DNA of 64,000 nucleotides from Escherichia coli (GCF_030013205.1 NZ_CP122648.1); one strand, 5' to 3'. Positions 34,592 through 45,789 are shown, counted from the first letter of the stretch. Translations and numbers: made by a program. Notes: generated by a model from the sequence alone, not told the origin.

Positions 34592-36256
34592 ATGTGTTCA
34601 ATTTTTGGCGTATTCGATATCAAAACAGACGCAGTTGAGCTGCGTAAGAAAGCACTCGAACTGTCACGCCTGATGCGTCATCGTGGCCCGGACTGGTCCG
34701 GTATTTATGCCAGCGATAACGCCATTCTCGCCCACGAACGTCTGTCAATTGTTGACGTTAACGCGGGGGCGCAACCTCTCTACAACCAACAAAAAACTCA
34801 TGTGCTGGCGGTAAACGGTGAAATCTACAACCACCAGGCACTGCGCGCCGAATATGGCGATCGTTATCAGTTCCAGACCGGATCTGACTGCGAAGTGATC
34901 CTCGCGCTGTATCAGGAAAAAGGGCCGGAATTTCTCGACGACTTGCAGGGCATGTTTGCCTTTGCCCTGTACGACAGCGAAAAAGATGCATATCTGATTG
35001 GTCGCGACCATCTGGGGATCATCCCACTGTATATGGGCTATGACGAACACGGTCAGCTGTATGTGGCCTCAGAAATGAAAGCCCTGGTGCCAGTTTGCCG
35101 CACGATTAAAGAGTTCCCGGCGGGGAGCTATTTGTGGAGCCAGGACGGCGAAATCCGTTCTTATTATCACCGCGACTGGTTCGACTTTGATGCAGTGAAA
35201 GATAACGTGACCGACAAAAACGAGCTGCGTCAGGCACTGGAAGATTCCGTTAAAAGCCATCTGATGTCTGATGTGCCTTACGGTGTGCTGCTTTCTGGTG
35301 GTCTGGATTCCTCAATTATTTCCGCGATCACCAAGAAATACGCCGCCCGTCGCGTGGAAGATCAGGAACGTTCTGAAGCCTGGTGGCCGCAGTTACACTC
35401 CTTTGCTGTAGGTCTGCCGGGTTCACCGGATCTGAAAGCAGCCCAGGAAGTGGCAAACCATCTGGGCACTGTGCATCACGAAATTCACTTCACTGTACAG
35501 GAAGGTCTGGACGCCATCCGCGACGTGATTTACCACATCGAAACCTATGATGTGACCACTATTCGCGCTTCAACACCGATGTATTTAATGTCGCGTAAGA
35601 TCAAGGCGATGGGCATTAAAATGGTGCTGTCCGGTGAAGGTTCTGATGAAGTGTTTGGCGGTTATCTTTACTTCCACAAAGCACCGAATGCCAAAGAACT
35701 GCATGAAGAGACGGTGCGTAAACTGCTGGCCCTGCATATGTATGACTGCGCGCGTGCCAACAAAGCGATGTCAGCCTGGGGCGTGGAAGCACGCGTTCCG
35801 TTCCTCGACAAAAAATTCCTTGATGTGGCGATGCGTATTAACCCACAGGATAAAATGTGCGGTAACGGCAAAATGGAAAAACACATCCTGCGTGAATGTT
35901 TTGAAGCGTATCTGCCTGCAAGCGTGGCCTGGCGGCAGAAAGAGCAGTTCTCCGATGGCGTCGGTTACAGTTGGATCGATACCCTGAAAGAAGTGGCGGC
36001 GCAGCAGGTTTCTGATCAACAGCTGGAAACTGCCCACTTCCGCTTCCCGTACAACACGCCGACGTCCAAAGAAGCGTATCTGTACCGGGAGATCTTTGAA
36101 GAACTGTTCCCGCTTCCGAGCGCCGCAGAGTGCGTACCGGGCGGTCCTTCCGTCGCGTGTTCTTCCGCTAAAGCGATCGAATGGGATGAAGCGTTCAAAA
36201 AAATGGACGATCCATCTGGTCGTGCGGTTGGTGTTCACCAGTCGGCATATAAATAA
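34592..36256 (+). CDS. asnB: Asparagine synthetase B, glutamine-hydrolysing (554 aa)
   Basis: Track ORF frame trimmed to conserved MCSIFGVFD (N-terminal nucleophile Cys2); SGGLDSS PP-loop. Confidence 0.96.
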   Translation: MCSIFGVFDIKTDAVELRKKALELSRLMRHRGPDWSGIYASDNAILAHERLSIVDVNAGAQPLYNQQKTHVLAVNGEIYNHQALRAEYGDRYQFQTGSDCEVILALYQEKGPEFLDDLQGMFAFALYDSEKDAYLIGRDHLGIIPLYMGYDEHGQLYVASEMKALVPVCRTIKEFPAGSYLWSQDGEIRSYYHRDWFDFDAVKDNVTDKNELRQALEDSVKSHLMSDVPYGVLLSGGLDSSIISAITKKYAARRVEDQERSEAWWPQLHSFAVGLPGSPDLKAAQEVANHLGTVHHEIHFTVQEGLDAIRDVIYHIETYDVTTIRASTPMYLMSRKIKAMGIKMVLSGEGSDEVFGGYLYFHKAPNAKELHEETVRKLLALHMYDCARANKAMSAWGVEARVPFLDKKFLDVAMRINPQDKMCGNGKMEKHILRECFEAYLPASVAWRQKEQFSDGVGYSWIDTLKEVAAQQVSDQQLETAHFRFPYNTPTSKEAYLYREIFEELFPLPSAAECVPGGPSVACSSAKAIEWDEAFKKMDDPSGRAVGVHQSAYK

Positions 36257-36567
36257 GACGTATAATATTGCCCCGGAGAAATCCGGGGCAATTTCAGTTA
36301 CTGGGGCGCTTGTTGATTCTGATATGCAGTAAGGAAATGTTCCGGGTTTGCCACATCGCTGTTTGACAACTCATCACTGTAGGCCAGTATTTCATAGATT
36401 AATTTCCCACCACTATTGTTGAATTCCGAATTTCATCCTGTATGACAAAAGAATGGCTGTAGGGTGGGGAAAAAACACAAAGTAAACAATAATTGACGAA
36501 TATAGCGCCATGCTGTTCGCAACCTAACCAAACAGTCACTTTCGAGCAATTTTCCTTGAAAAAGAGG

Positions 36568-36596
36568 TTGACGCTGCAAGGCTCTATACGCATAAT
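36568..36596 (+). promoter_or_regulatory. Candidate sigma70 promoter of the tRNA operon
   Basis: -35 TTGACG, 17-bp spacer, -10 CATAAT, then GC-rich discriminator gcgccccgc typical of stringently controlled stable-RNA promoters; about 40 bp before the first tRNA. Confidence 0.5.
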
Positions 36597-36636
36597 GCGC
36601 CCCGCAACGCCGATAAGGTATCGCGAAAAAAAAGAT

Positions 36637-36713
36637 GGCTACGTAGCTCAGTTGGTTAGAGCACATCACTCATAATGATGGGGTCACAGGTTCGAATCCC
36701 GTCGTAGCCACCA
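36637..36713 (+). tRNA. metT: tRNA-Met (elongator, anticodon CAU)
   Basis: 77-nt sequence GGCTACGTAGCTCAGTTGGTTAGAGCACATCACTCATAATGATGGGGTCACAGGTTCGAATCCCGTCGTAGCCACCA; cloverleaf with CCA end. Confidence 0.93.
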
Positions 36714-36721
36714 TCTTTTTT

Positions 36722-36806
36722 GCGGGAGTGGCGAAATTGGTAGACGCACCAGATTTAGGTTCTGGCGCCGCAAGGTGTGCGAGTTCAAGTCTCGCCTCCC
36801 GCACCA
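36722..36806 (+). tRNA. leuW: tRNA-Leu (anticodon UAG)
   Basis: 85-nt GCGGGAGTGGCGAAATTGGTAGACGCACCAGATTTAGGTTCTGGCGCCGCAAGGTGTGCGAGTTCAAGTCTCGCCTCCCGCACCA with long variable arm. Confidence 0.93.
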
Positions 36807-36829
36807 TTCACCAGAAAGCGTTGTACGGA

Positions 36830-36904
36830 TGGGGTATCGCCAAGCGGTAAGGCACCGGTTTTTGATACCGGCATTCCCTGGTTCGAATCCAGGTACCCCA
36901 GCCA
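36830..36904 (+). tRNA. glnU: tRNA-Gln (anticodon UUG)
   Basis: 75-nt TGGGGTATCGCCAAGCGGTAAGGCACCGGTTTTTGATACCGGCATTCCCTGGTTCGAATCCAGGTACCCCAGCCA. Confidence 0.93.
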
Positions 36905-36938
36905 TATTCTTCGAGTAAGCGGTTCACCGCCCGGTTAT

Positions 36939-37013
36939 TGGGGTATCGCCAAGCGGTAAGGCACCGGTTTTTGATACCGGCATTCCCTGGTTCGAATCCA
37001 GGTACCCCAGCCA
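36939..37013 (+). tRNA. glnW: tRNA-Gln (anticodon UUG), second copy
   Basis: Identical 75-nt sequence to the preceding tRNA-Gln(UUG). Confidence 0.93.
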
Positions 37014-37028
37014 TCGAAGAAACAATCT

Positions 37029-37105
37029 GGCTACGTAGCTCAGTTGGTTAGAGCACATCACTCATAATGATGGGGTCACAGGTTCGAATCCCGTCGTAGC
37101 CACCA
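37029..37105 (+). tRNA. metU: tRNA-Met (elongator, anticodon CAU), second copy
   Basis: Identical 77-nt sequence to metT. Confidence 0.93.
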
Positions 37106-37153
37106 AATTCTGAATGTGTCGAATATGTTCGGCAAATTCAAAAACCAATTTGT

Positions 37154-37228
37154 TGGGGTATCGCCAAGCGGTAAGGCACCGGATTCTGATTCCGGCATTC
37201 CGAGGTTCGAATCCTCGTACCCCAGCCA
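37154..37228 (+). tRNA. glnV: tRNA-Gln (anticodon CUG)
   Basis: 75-nt TGGGGTATCGCCAAGCGGTAAGGCACCGGATTCTGATTCCGGCATTCCGAGGTTCGAATCCTCGTACCCCAGCCA; only one CUG copy present. Confidence 0.9.
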
Positions 37229-37232
37229 CATT

Positions 37233-37260
37233 AAAAAAGCTCGCTTCGGCGAGCTTTTTG
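37233..37260 (+). terminator. Rho-independent terminator of the tRNA operon
   Basis: aaaaagctcgcttcggcgagcttttt: GC hairpin with TTCG loop followed by T-run. Confidence 0.7.
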
Positions 37261-37279
37261 CTTTTCTGCGTTCATTCAA

Positions 37280-37372
37280 TGTCGAATGCGATGTTGACAC
37301 GTCTTATCCTTCAAAGTCGGATGCGACGCTGACGCGTCTTATCCGACCTACGGTTGGCATGCATCCGGCAAT
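37280..37372. repeat. REP/BIME elements between the tRNA operon and ubiF
   Basis: gtcggatgcgacgctgacgcgtcttatccgacctac plus a degenerate upstream copy. Confidence 0.6.
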
Positions 37373-37381
37373 GTTGTAAGG

Positions 37382-38557
37382 CTACAACCCTAACGCATAT
37401 TTCAGCGCCTGACGTTTCAACACGCCAGCACGCTCCGCCGCCATCAAACCAAGATTACGCACAAAACGCAGTGGTGGCAGATTATTGCTGAATCCGGCAT
37501 AAAACAGATCCATACCGCTCTGCATAATGAAGTTATCCGCCATGCGCCGCATCTGGTAACGCTTGAGTATCGGATAACTGGCCCACGCTTCGCCATAGCT
37601 GCGAGCGTTGACCAGAACGTCAATCAGGGCATCGACATCACGATAACCAAGATTCACCCCCTGCCCCGCCAGCGGATGGATGGTGTGCGCGGCATCGCCC
37701 ACCAGCGCAAGCCCTGGCTGCACATACTGCAACGCATGGCGACGCGTCAGCGGAAACGCACCAGCGGCAAGCGGTGTCACGTAACCCAGACGCGACGGGA
37801 AATGCTTCACGATTTCCGCCTGGAGCTGTGCCATATTCATATTCTGCAACTGGCGAATGCGCGCCGGAGAGTCATACCACACCAGCGATGCCCAGTTATC
37901 AAACAACGGCAGAAACGCACGCGGTCCGTCTGGGGTAAATTGCTGCCAGGTGCTATCGCCGGGATCGTTCTCGCACTGTACGCTAATCAACATACACGAC
38001 TGCGCATACTGCCAGGCATGAACACCAATTCCCGCCATCTGCCGCACCTGCGAATTTGCGCCGTCGGCACCAATCACCAGCTTCGCGCGGATCGTTTCTC
38101 CACCCTTCAGTTCCAGTTCCTGAAGATCATCATGGCGATGCAGCGCAATCAGCGAGCCTGGCACACGTAACGTTACTTTCGGATGCGCTTCCAGCGCCTG
38201 CCACAGCGCCTGTTGCAGGACAGTGTTTTCCACCATGTAGCCAAGCAACGGTAGCTTAAGTTCAGCGGCGTCAAACACCACATGCGCCGTTTCCCACTCC
38301 CACGTTTCCAGTCTGCGGTAAGGATGGCAACGCATAGCCTGTACTGCATCCCAGACCCCTAACCCTTTAAGCAATGATACCGAAGCCGCACTAATCGCCG
38401 AGATCCGCACGTCCGGCTGGCTGTCAGCGACAAACGGTGCAGGTTGGGCATGTTCGATAACCATTACCGAAAATCCGTGCTGAGCCAGTCCCAGCGCCAG
38501 TGCGCCGCCGACCATTCCTCCGCCGACAATGGCAATTTCCGTTGGTTGATTTGTCAT
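37382..38557 (-). CDS. ubiF: UbiF, 2-octaprenyl-3-methyl-6-methoxy-1,4-benzoquinol hydroxylase (391 aa)
   Basis: Track ORF frame trimmed to MTNQPTEIAIVGGGMVGGALALGLAQHGF (FAD-binding GxGxxG). Confidence 0.95.
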   Translation of the reverse strand: MTNQPTEIAIVGGGMVGGALALGLAQHGFSVMVIEHAQPAPFVADSQPDVRISAISAASVSLLKGLGVWDAVQAMRCHPYRRLETWEWETAHVVFDAAELKLPLLGYMVENTVLQQALWQALEAHPKVTLRVPGSLIALHRHDDLQELELKGGETIRAKLVIGADGANSQVRQMAGIGVHAWQYAQSCMLISVQCENDPGDSTWQQFTPDGPRAFLPLFDNWASLVWYDSPARIRQLQNMNMAQLQAEIVKHFPSRLGYVTPLAAGAFPLTRRHALQYVQPGLALVGDAAHTIHPLAGQGVNLGYRDVDALIDVLVNARSYGEAWASYPILKRYQMRRMADNFIMQSGMDLFYAGFSNNLPPLRFVRNLGLMAAERAGVLKRQALKYALGL

Positions 38558-38702
38558 GGTCAATCATCCTGTTAGCAATATGCTTTAAGTTTACAGGATT
38601 TTTACCCCCAAGGGCTGATAACGCTCATACTGGTCACAACGGCAGCAAAGCATTACACTATGCGCCCTGCATTCCTGGCTACTATTTCGCAAGAGCAAGT
38701 CG

Positions 38703-40127
38703 ATGACCAAAAAACTCCATATTAAAACCTGGGGCTGTCAGATGAACGAGTACGATTCATCGAAGATGGCCGATCTGCTGGATGCCACCCACGGCTATCA
38801 ACTGACCGACGTGGCGGAAGAAGCGGATGTGCTGCTGCTGAACACCTGCTCAATCCGCGAGAAGGCTCAGGAAAAAGTCTTCCATCAGTTGGGTCGCTGG
38901 AAACTGTTAAAAGAGAAGAATCCAGACCTGATTATCGGCGTCGGCGGCTGCGTGGCATCGCAAGAAGGTGAGCACATTCGCCAGCGCGCCCACTATGTCG
39001 ATATTATTTTTGGGCCGCAAACGCTGCACCGTCTGCCGGAGATGATCAACTCCGTGCGCGGCGACCGCAGCCCGGTTGTAGATATCAGCTTCCCGGAAAT
39101 CGAGAAGTTTGACCGTCTGCCGGAACCGCGCGCCGAAGGACCGACCGCGTTTGTCTCCATCATGGAAGGCTGCAATAAATATTGCACCTACTGCGTAGTG
39201 CCTTACACCCGTGGTGAAGAGGTAAGCCGTCCGTCCGACGATATTCTGTTTGAGATCGCCCAGCTTGCGGCTCAGGGCGTGCGTGAAGTTAACCTGCTCG
39301 GTCAGAACGTGAACGCCTGGCGTGGTGAAAACTACGACGGCACCACCGGATCGTTTGCCGATCTGCTGCGTCTGGTTGCTGCGATCGACGGGATCGATCG
39401 TATTCGCTTTACCACCAGCCATCCGATCGAATTCACCGACGATATCATCGAAGTGTACCGCGACACGCCGGAGCTGGTGAGCTTCCTGCATCTGCCGGTA
39501 CAGAGCGGTTCCGATCGCATTCTGAACCTGATGGGACGTACCCATACAGCGCTGGAGTACAAAGCGATCATCCGTAAACTGCGTGCGGCGCGTCCGGATA
39601 TTCAGATCAGTTCTGACTTCATCGTTGGCTTCCCTGGCGAAACCACCGAAGACTTCGAGAAAACGATGAAGCTGATTACCGACGTCAATTTCGACATGAG
39701 CTACAGCTTTATCTTCTCTGCACGTCCGGGTACGCCAGCCGCCGATATGGTTGATGATGTTCCGGAAGAAGAGAAGAAGCAGCGTCTGTATATTCTGCAA
39801 GAACGCATTAATCAGCAAGCGATGGCATGGAGCCGCCGAATGCTCGGCACCACCCAGCGTATTCTGGTAGAAGGTACATCGCGTAAGAGCATCATGGAGC
39901 TTTCCGGTCGCACTGAAAATAACCGCGTGGTTAACTTCGAAGGTACACCGGATATGATCGGTAAATTCGTCGATGTAGAAATTACCGACGTCTACCCGAA
40001 CTCTCTGCGCGGTAAAGTGGTGCGAACTGAAGATGAAATGGGTCTGCGCGTGGCAGAAACACCGGAATCGGTGATTGCCCGTACCCGCAAAGAAAACGAC
40101 CTTGGCGTGGGTTATTATCAGCCGTAA
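38703..40127 (+). CDS. miaB: MiaB, tRNA i6A37 methylthiotransferase (474 aa)
   Basis: Track ORF; radical-SAM CxxxCxxC (CNKYCTYC) and TRAM domain. Confidence 0.97.
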   Translation: MTKKLHIKTWGCQMNEYDSSKMADLLDATHGYQLTDVAEEADVLLLNTCSIREKAQEKVFHQLGRWKLLKEKNPDLIIGVGGCVASQEGEHIRQRAHYVDIIFGPQTLHRLPEMINSVRGDRSPVVDISFPEIEKFDRLPEPRAEGPTAFVSIMEGCNKYCTYCVVPYTRGEEVSRPSDDILFEIAQLAAQGVREVNLLGQNVNAWRGENYDGTTGSFADLLRLVAAIDGIDRIRFTTSHPIEFTDDIIEVYRDTPELVSFLHLPVQSGSDRILNLMGRTHTALEYKAIIRKLRAARPDIQISSDFIVGFPGETTEDFEKTMKLITDVNFDMSYSFIFSARPGTPAADMVDDVPEEEKKQRLYILQERINQQAMAWSRRMLGTTQRILVEGTSRKSIMELSGRTENNRVVNFEGTPDMIGKFVDVEITDVYPNSLRGKVVRTEDEMGLRVAETPESVIARTRKENDLGVGYYQP

Positions 40128-40132
40128 TTCTC

Positions 40133-40165
40133 AGGCCCGCCGTTCCGGTGGGCCTTGTTTTTTCT
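40133..40165 (+). terminator. Rho-independent terminator after miaB
   Basis: aggcccgccgttccggtgggcct hairpin followed by tgtttttt. Confidence 0.6.
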
Positions 40166-40279
40166 CTCTTTATCCCCATCTTTATCGCAATGCTTGCGCC
40201 TTTTTCCTGTGGCGTGAATAATTTCCTTATAGGCCGGTGAATGTTCAGCTTCCGGCGGCATACAGATAAGAGGAACGGT

Positions 40280-41320
40280 TTGAACATAGACACTCGCGAA
40301 ATCACCCTGGAGCCAGCAGACAACGCGCGTCTGTTGAGCCTGTGCGGCCCGTTTGATGACAACATCAAGCAGCTCGAACGCCGTCTCGGCATCGAGATCA
40401 ATCGCCGCGATAACCACTTTAAACTGACCGGCCGTCCGATTTGCGTCACCGCTGCGGCAGACATTCTGCGTAGCCTGTATGTCGATACTGCCCCGATGCG
40501 TGGTCAGATTCAGGATATCGAACCGGAACAGATCCACCTTGCGATTAAAGAAGCGCGGGTACTGGAGCAAAGCGCGGAGAGCGTGCCGGAGTACGGCAAA
40601 GCGGTCAATATCAAGACCAAACGCGGCGTAATTAAGCCGCGCACGCCAAACCAGGCGCAGTACATTGCCAATATTCTCGACCATGACATCACCTTCGGCG
40701 TTGGCCCGGCGGGTACGGGTAAAACCTACCTGGCAGTGGCTGCGGCAGTTGATGCCCTGGAGCGTCAGGAAATTCGCCGTATTCTCCTGACTCGTCCGGC
40801 GGTAGAAGCCGGTGAGAAACTGGGCTTCCTGCCTGGCGATTTAAGCCAGAAAGTAGATCCGTATCTGCGCCCGCTGTACGACGCGCTGTTTGAAATGCTG
40901 GGCTTTGAGAAAGTCGAGAAACTGATTGAGCGCAACGTTATTGAAGTCGCACCGCTGGCCTATATGCGTGGCCGTACGCTGAACGACGCGTTTATCATTC
41001 TCGATGAAAGCCAGAACACCACCATCGAACAGATGAAGATGTTCCTGACCCGTATCGGTTTTAACTCAAAAGCGGTTATCACCGGCGACGTCACACAGAT
41101 CGACCTGCCGCGTAATACTAAATCAGGCTTACGTCATGCCATCGAAGTGCTGGCCGATGTCGAAGAGATCAGCTTTAACTTCTTCCACAGCGAAGACGTG
41201 GTTCGTCACCCGGTGGTGGCGCGTATCGTTAACGCTTATGAAGCCTGGGAAGAAGCAGAACAAAAACGTAAAGCGGCGCTGGCAACAGAACGCAAGCGCG
41301 AAGAACAGGAACAAAAATGA
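40280..41320 (+). CDS. ybeZ: YbeZ, PhoH-like ATPase (346 aa; TTG start inferred)
   Basis: Track ORF frame; conserved N-terminus (M)[20 protein letters not shown]; Walker A GPAGTGKT. Confidence 0.9.
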
Positions 41321-41784
41321 GTCAGGTGATCCTCGATTTACAACTGGCATGTGAAGATAATTCCGGGTTACCGGAAGAGAGCCAGTTTCAAACATGGCTG
41401 AATGCGGTGATCCCGCAGTTTCAGGAAGAGTCGGAAGTGACTATTCGCGTGGTCGATACCGCCGAAAGCCACAGTCTGAATCTGACCTATCGCGGTAAGG
41501 ATAAGCCGACCAACGTGCTCTCCTTCCCGTTTGAAGTGCCGCCTGGCATGGAAATGTCGCTACTGGGCGATCTGGTTATCTGCCGTCAGGTGGTTGAGAA
41601 GGAAGCTCAGGAGCAAGGCAAACCACTGGAGGCGCACTGGGCGCATATGGTGGTGCACGGCAGTCTGCATTTGTTAGGTTACGATCACATCGAAGATGAC
41701 GAAGCAGAAGAAATGGAAGCCCTCGAAACAGAGATTATGCTTGCTCTGGGCTATGAGGATCCGTACATTGCCGAGAAAGAATAA
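41317..41784 (+). CDS. ybeY: YbeY, rRNA maturation endoribonuclease (155 aa)
   Basis: Track ORF; HxxxHxxxxxH zinc motif ([11 protein letters not shown]); 4-nt overlap with ybeZ. Confidence 0.96.
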
Positions 41785-41873
41785 TTTGCCAGGCATTTGA
41801 CTGGCAGACGTCCCCGCCGTTGGTGATTAACGACGGCGTTTTGATTAACTAACATGAGAACCCATACGACGCC

Positions 41874-42752
41874 ATGAGCGACGACAATTCACACAGTAGT
41901 GACACGATAAGCAACAAGAAGGGATTTTTCTCCCTGTTACTCAGCCAACTTTTCCACGGTGAACCGAAAAACCGTGACGAACTGCTGGCGCTGATCCGTG
42001 ATTCCGGGCAGAACGACCTTATCGACGAAGATACGCGCGATATGCTCGAAGGGGTGATGGACATCGCAGACCAACGCGTCCGCGACATCATGATCCCCCG
42101 CTCCCAGATGATTACCCTGAAACGCAACCAGACGCTGGACGAATGCCTTGATGTCATCATCGAGTCTGCCCACTCACGTTTCCCGGTGATTAGCGAAGAC
42201 AAAGATCACATTGAAGGGATTCTGATGGCGAAAGACTTGCTGCCGTTTATGCGCAGCGATGCTGAAGCCTTCAGCATGGACAAAGTGTTACGTCAGGCAG
42301 TTGTCGTTCCTGAAAGTAAGCGCGTAGACCGGATGCTGAAAGAGTTTCGCTCTCAGCGTTACCACATGGCGATCGTCATTGACGAATTCGGTGGGGTTTC
42401 CGGTCTGGTGACCATTGAAGACATCCTGGAACTGATTGTTGGTGAGATTGAAGACGAGTATGACGAAGAAGATGATATCGACTTCCGTCAGCTGAGTCGT
42501 CATACCTGGACCGTGCGCGCACTGGCTTCCATTGAAGACTTCAACGAAGCGTTCGGCACCCACTTTAGCGATGAAGAGGTTGACACTATCGGTGGTCTGG
42601 TGATGCAGGCATTTGGGCATCTTCCGGCGCGTGGCGAAACCATCGACATCGACGGTTACCAGTTCAAAGTGGCGATGGCCGACAGTCGGCGTATCATTCA
42701 GGTTCATGTCAAAATCCCGGATGACTCACCCCAGCCGAAGCTGGATGAATAA
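41874..42752 (+). CDS. corC: CorC/YbeX, Mg2+/Co2+ efflux-associated CBS-domain protein (292 aa)
   Basis: Track ORF; CBS pair and CorC-HlyC C-terminal domain; synteny. Confidence 0.95.
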   Translation: MSDDNSHSSDTISNKKGFFSLLLSQLFHGEPKNRDELLALIRDSGQNDLIDEDTRDMLEGVMDIADQRVRDIMIPRSQMITLKRNQTLDECLDVIIESAHSRFPVISEDKDHIEGILMAKDLLPFMRSDAEAFSMDKVLRQAVVVPESKRVDRMLKEFRSQRYHMAIVIDEFGGVSGLVTIEDILELIVGEIEDEYDEEDDIDFRQLSRHTWTVRALASIEDFNEAFGTHFSDEEVDTIGGLVMQAFGHLPARGETIDIDGYQFKVAMADSRRIIQVHVKIPDDSPQPKLDE

Positions 42753-42776
42753 AACCGAAACTGGATAGATAACTAC

Positions 42777-44315
42777 ATGGCTTTTGCCTCATTAATTGAA
42801 CGCCAGCGCATTCGCCTGCTGCTGGCGTTATTATTCGGTGCCTGCGGAACGCTGGCCTTCTCTCCTTACGACGTCTGGCCTGCGGCGATTATTTCGCTGA
42901 TGGGGCTTCAGGCGCTGACCTTTAACCGCCGTCCACTCCAGTCTGCCGCTATTGGCTTTTGCTGGGGATTTGGCCTCTTTGGCAGCGGTATTAACTGGGT
43001 CTATGTCAGCATCGCGACTTTTGGTGGAATGCCTGGCCCGGTTAACATCTTCCTGGTGGTGCTGCTGGCGGCGTATTTGTCGCTGTATACCGGACTGTTT
43101 GCTGGCGTGCTGTCGCGTCTGTGGCCGAAAACCACCTGGCTGCGCGTGGCGATTGCCGCCCCTGCTCTCTGGCAAGTGACCGAGTTTCTGCGCGGTTGGG
43201 TGCTGACCGGCTTCCCGTGGTTACAGTTCGGCTATAGCCAGATTGATGGCCCGTTAAAAGGGCTGGCACCGATAATGGGCGTGGAAGCCATTAACTTCCT
43301 GCTGATGATGGTTAGTGGCCTGCTGGCACTGGCGTTGGTCAAACGCAACTGGCGTCCGCTGGTAGTGGCCGTCGTGCTGTTTGCCCTTCCCTTCCCGCTG
43401 CGTTACATCCAGTGGTTTACCCCGCAACCGGAGAAAACCATTCAGGTTTCGATGGTTCAGGGCGATATTCCGCAATCACTGAAATGGGACGAAGGCCAGC
43501 TTCTTAATACGCTGAAGATTTACTACAACGCAACGGCACCGCTGATGGGCAAATCATCGTTGATTATCTGGCCGGAGTCGGCGATAACCGATCTGGAAAT
43601 TAATCAGCAACCGTTCCTCAAAGCACTGGACGGTGAGTTGCGCGATAAAGGGAGCTCGCTGGTAACCGGGATTGTTGACGCGCGTCTCAATAAGCAGAAC
43701 CGCTACGATACTTACAACACCATCATCACGCTGGGGAAAGGTGCGCCGTACAGCTACGAATCAGCCGATCGCTATAACAAAAACCATCTGGTGCCGTTTG
43801 GCGAGTTTGTCCCGCTGGAGTCGATTCTGCGTCCGTTAGCGCCGTTCTTTGATCTGCCGATGTCGTCGTTCAGCCGTGGGCCATATATCCAGCCACCGCT
43901 GTCGGTAAACGGTATTGAGCTTACTGCGGCTATTTGCTACGAGATCATTCTCGGCGAGCAAGTGCGTGATAACTTCCGCCCGGATACCGACTATCTGCTG
44001 ACTATCTCCAACGATGCGTGGTTTGGTAAGTCTATTGGTCCATGGCAGCACTTCCAGATGGCGCGAATGCGTGCGTTGGAGCTGGCGCGCCCATTGCTGC
44101 GTAGCACCAACAACGGTATTACGGCGGTGATTGGCCCGCAGGGTGAGATTCAGGCGATGATCCCGCAATTCACCCGCGAGGTGTTAACCACTAACGTGAC
44201 GCCGACTACCGGACTTACACCGTACGCACGTACCGGCAACTGGCCTCTGTGGGTGCTGACGGCACTGTTTGGTTTTGCTGCTGTGCTGATGAGCCTGCGT
44301 CAACGACGTAAATAA
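42777..44315 (+). CDS. lnt: Lnt, apolipoprotein N-acyltransferase (512 aa)
   Basis: Track ORF; N-terminal polytopic membrane region and C-terminal nitrilase-like domain. Confidence 0.96.
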   Translation: MAFASLIERQRIRLLLALLFGACGTLAFSPYDVWPAAIISLMGLQALTFNRRPLQSAAIGFCWGFGLFGSGINWVYVSIATFGGMPGPVNIFLVVLLAAYLSLYTGLFAGVLSRLWPKTTWLRVAIAAPALWQVTEFLRGWVLTGFPWLQFGYSQIDGPLKGLAPIMGVEAINFLLMMVSGLLALALVKRNWRPLVVAVVLFALPFPLRYIQWFTPQPEKTIQVSMVQGDIPQSLKWDEGQLLNTLKIYYNATAPLMGKSSLIIWPESAITDLEINQQPFLKALDGELRDKGSSLVTGIVDARLNKQNRYDTYNTIITLGKGAPYSYESADRYNKNHLVPFGEFVPLESILRPLAPFFDLPMSSFSRGPYIQPPLSVNGIELTAAICYEIILGEQVRDNFRPDTDYLLTISNDAWFGKSIGPWQHFQMARMRALELARPLLRSTNNGITAVIGPQGEIQAMIPQFTREVLTTNVTPTTGLTPYARTGNWPLWVLTALFGFAAVLMSLRQRRK

Positions 44316-44711
44316 TCCCTTCTTATCGTGCCGGAATACATCCCGTATTTCGGCACGCTCACCGGATGCGGCATCAGTGCGTTATCCGGATAACAAAATC
44401 CCCCTATCCAACTTTGGCACATCTATTGCTTTGTTATACAAGGCAAAGCTTGAACCAGCATCAGTACAACCCGGTTGCACCACAGCAATCCACGGGTAGC
44501 ACCAAAAGAGTGCATTTTAAGAATTTTGCTTCGGAATGGTGCGGCGCAACTCGCAAAAACAAACAATAAAACAGCAATATCTTTACATTTAGCCAAACTA
44601 AATGTTACCTAACAGGCACAACACTGCACAATAAAGTTGCAGACGATAACAACACAAACACTCACAACGGGTATCCATGCGTTCTTAACGCAGAAGATAA
44701 AGGAGTTGGAT

Positions 44712-45620
44712 ATGCAATTACGTAAACCTGCCACAGCAATCCTGGCCCTGGCGCTTTCCGCAGGACTGGCACAGGCAGATGACGCCGCCCCGGCAGCAGG
44801 CAGTACGCTGGACAAAATCGCCAAAAACGGTGTGATTGTCGTCGGTCACCGTGAATCTTCAGTACCTTTCTCTTATTACGACAATCAGCAAAAAGTGGTG
44901 GGTTACTCGCAGGATTACTCCAACGCCATTGTTGAAGCAGTGAAAAAGAAACTCAACAAACCGGACTTGCAGGTGAAACTGATTCCGATCACCTCACAAA
45001 ACCGTATTCCTCTGCTGCAAAACGGCACTTTCGATTTTGAATGTGGTTCCACCACCAATAACGTCGAACGCCAGAAACAGGCGGCTTTCTCTGACACTAT
45101 TTTCGTGGTCGGCACGCGCCTGTTGACCAAAAAGGGGGGCGATATCAAAGATTTTGCCGACCTGAAAGGCAAAGCCGTAGTCGTCACTTCCGGCACTACT
45201 TCTGAAGTTTTGCTCAACAAACTGAATGAAGAGCAAAAAATGAATATGCGCATCATCAGCGCCAAAGATCACGGTGACTCTTTCCGCACCCTGGAAAGCG
45301 GTCGTGCCGTTGCCTTTATGATGGATGATGCTCTGCTGGCTGGTGAACGTGCGAAAGCGAAGAAACCAGACAACTGGGAAATCGTCGGCAAGCCGCAGTC
45401 TCAGGAAGCCTACGGTTGTATGTTGCGTAAAGACGATCCGCAGTTCAAAAAGCTGATGGATGACACCATCGCGCAGGTGCAGACCTCCGGTGAAGCGGAA
45501 AAATGGTTTGATAAATGGTTCAAAAATCCAATTCCGCCGAAAAACCTGAACATGAATTTCGAACTGTCAGACGAAATGAAAGCACTGTTCAAAGAACCGA
45601 ATGACAAGGCACTGAACTAA
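44712..45620 (+). CDS. gltI: GltI, glutamate/aspartate periplasmic binding protein (302 aa)
   Basis: Track ORF frame trimmed to MQLRKPATAILALALSAGLAQA signal peptide. Confidence 0.95.
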   Translation: MQLRKPATAILALALSAGLAQADDAAPAAGSTLDKIAKNGVIVVGHRESSVPFSYYDNQQKVVGYSQDYSNAIVEAVKKKLNKPDLQVKLIPITSQNRIPLLQNGTFDFECGSTTNNVERQKQAAFSDTIFVVGTRLLTKKGGDIKDFADLKGKAVVVTSGTTSEVLLNKLNEEQKMNMRIISAKDHGDSFRTLESGRAVAFMMDDALLAGERAKAKKPDNWEIVGKPQSQEAYGCMLRKDDPQFKKLMDDTIAQVQTSGEAEKWFDKWFKNPIPPKNLNMNFELSDEMKALFKEPNDKALN

Positions 45621-45776
45621 TTACAAGAACCAGGGGCGGAAATTCCAGCCCTCTCGATTGTTACGTAGCACGGACAGACTATACGCCTGATGGTCGTTCC
45701 CCATCGGGCCTGAAAACCGCAATACGCTGGGTAACAATCTTCGAGGGTAGCAGTTAACGCTGCTACCCTCTTTTTT
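45621..45776 (+). ncRNA. sroC: SroC-like sRNA in the gltI-gltJ intergenic region
   Basis: About 155-nt intergenic segment ending in a strong terminator (gagggtagcagttaacgctgctaccctc + tttttt); SroC is known at this position in E. coli/Salmonella. 5' end not determinable from sequence. Confidence 0.65.
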
Positions 45777-45789
45777 CTGGAGTAGATTT

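Noticed and set aside
36684-37379. Several 60-90-aa ORFs on both strands across the tRNA cluster
   Set aside because: They overlap tRNA genes that fold into canonical cloverleafs; translations are artefacts of tRNA sequence.
38907-39818. 303-aa minus-strand ORF
   Set aside because: Antisense to miaB; no conserved features.
44328-44395. Hairpin and REP-like sequence downstream of lnt as a possible terminator
   Set aside because: Inverted repeat present but no following T-run; more likely a REP element than an intrinsic terminator, so not listed as a feature.
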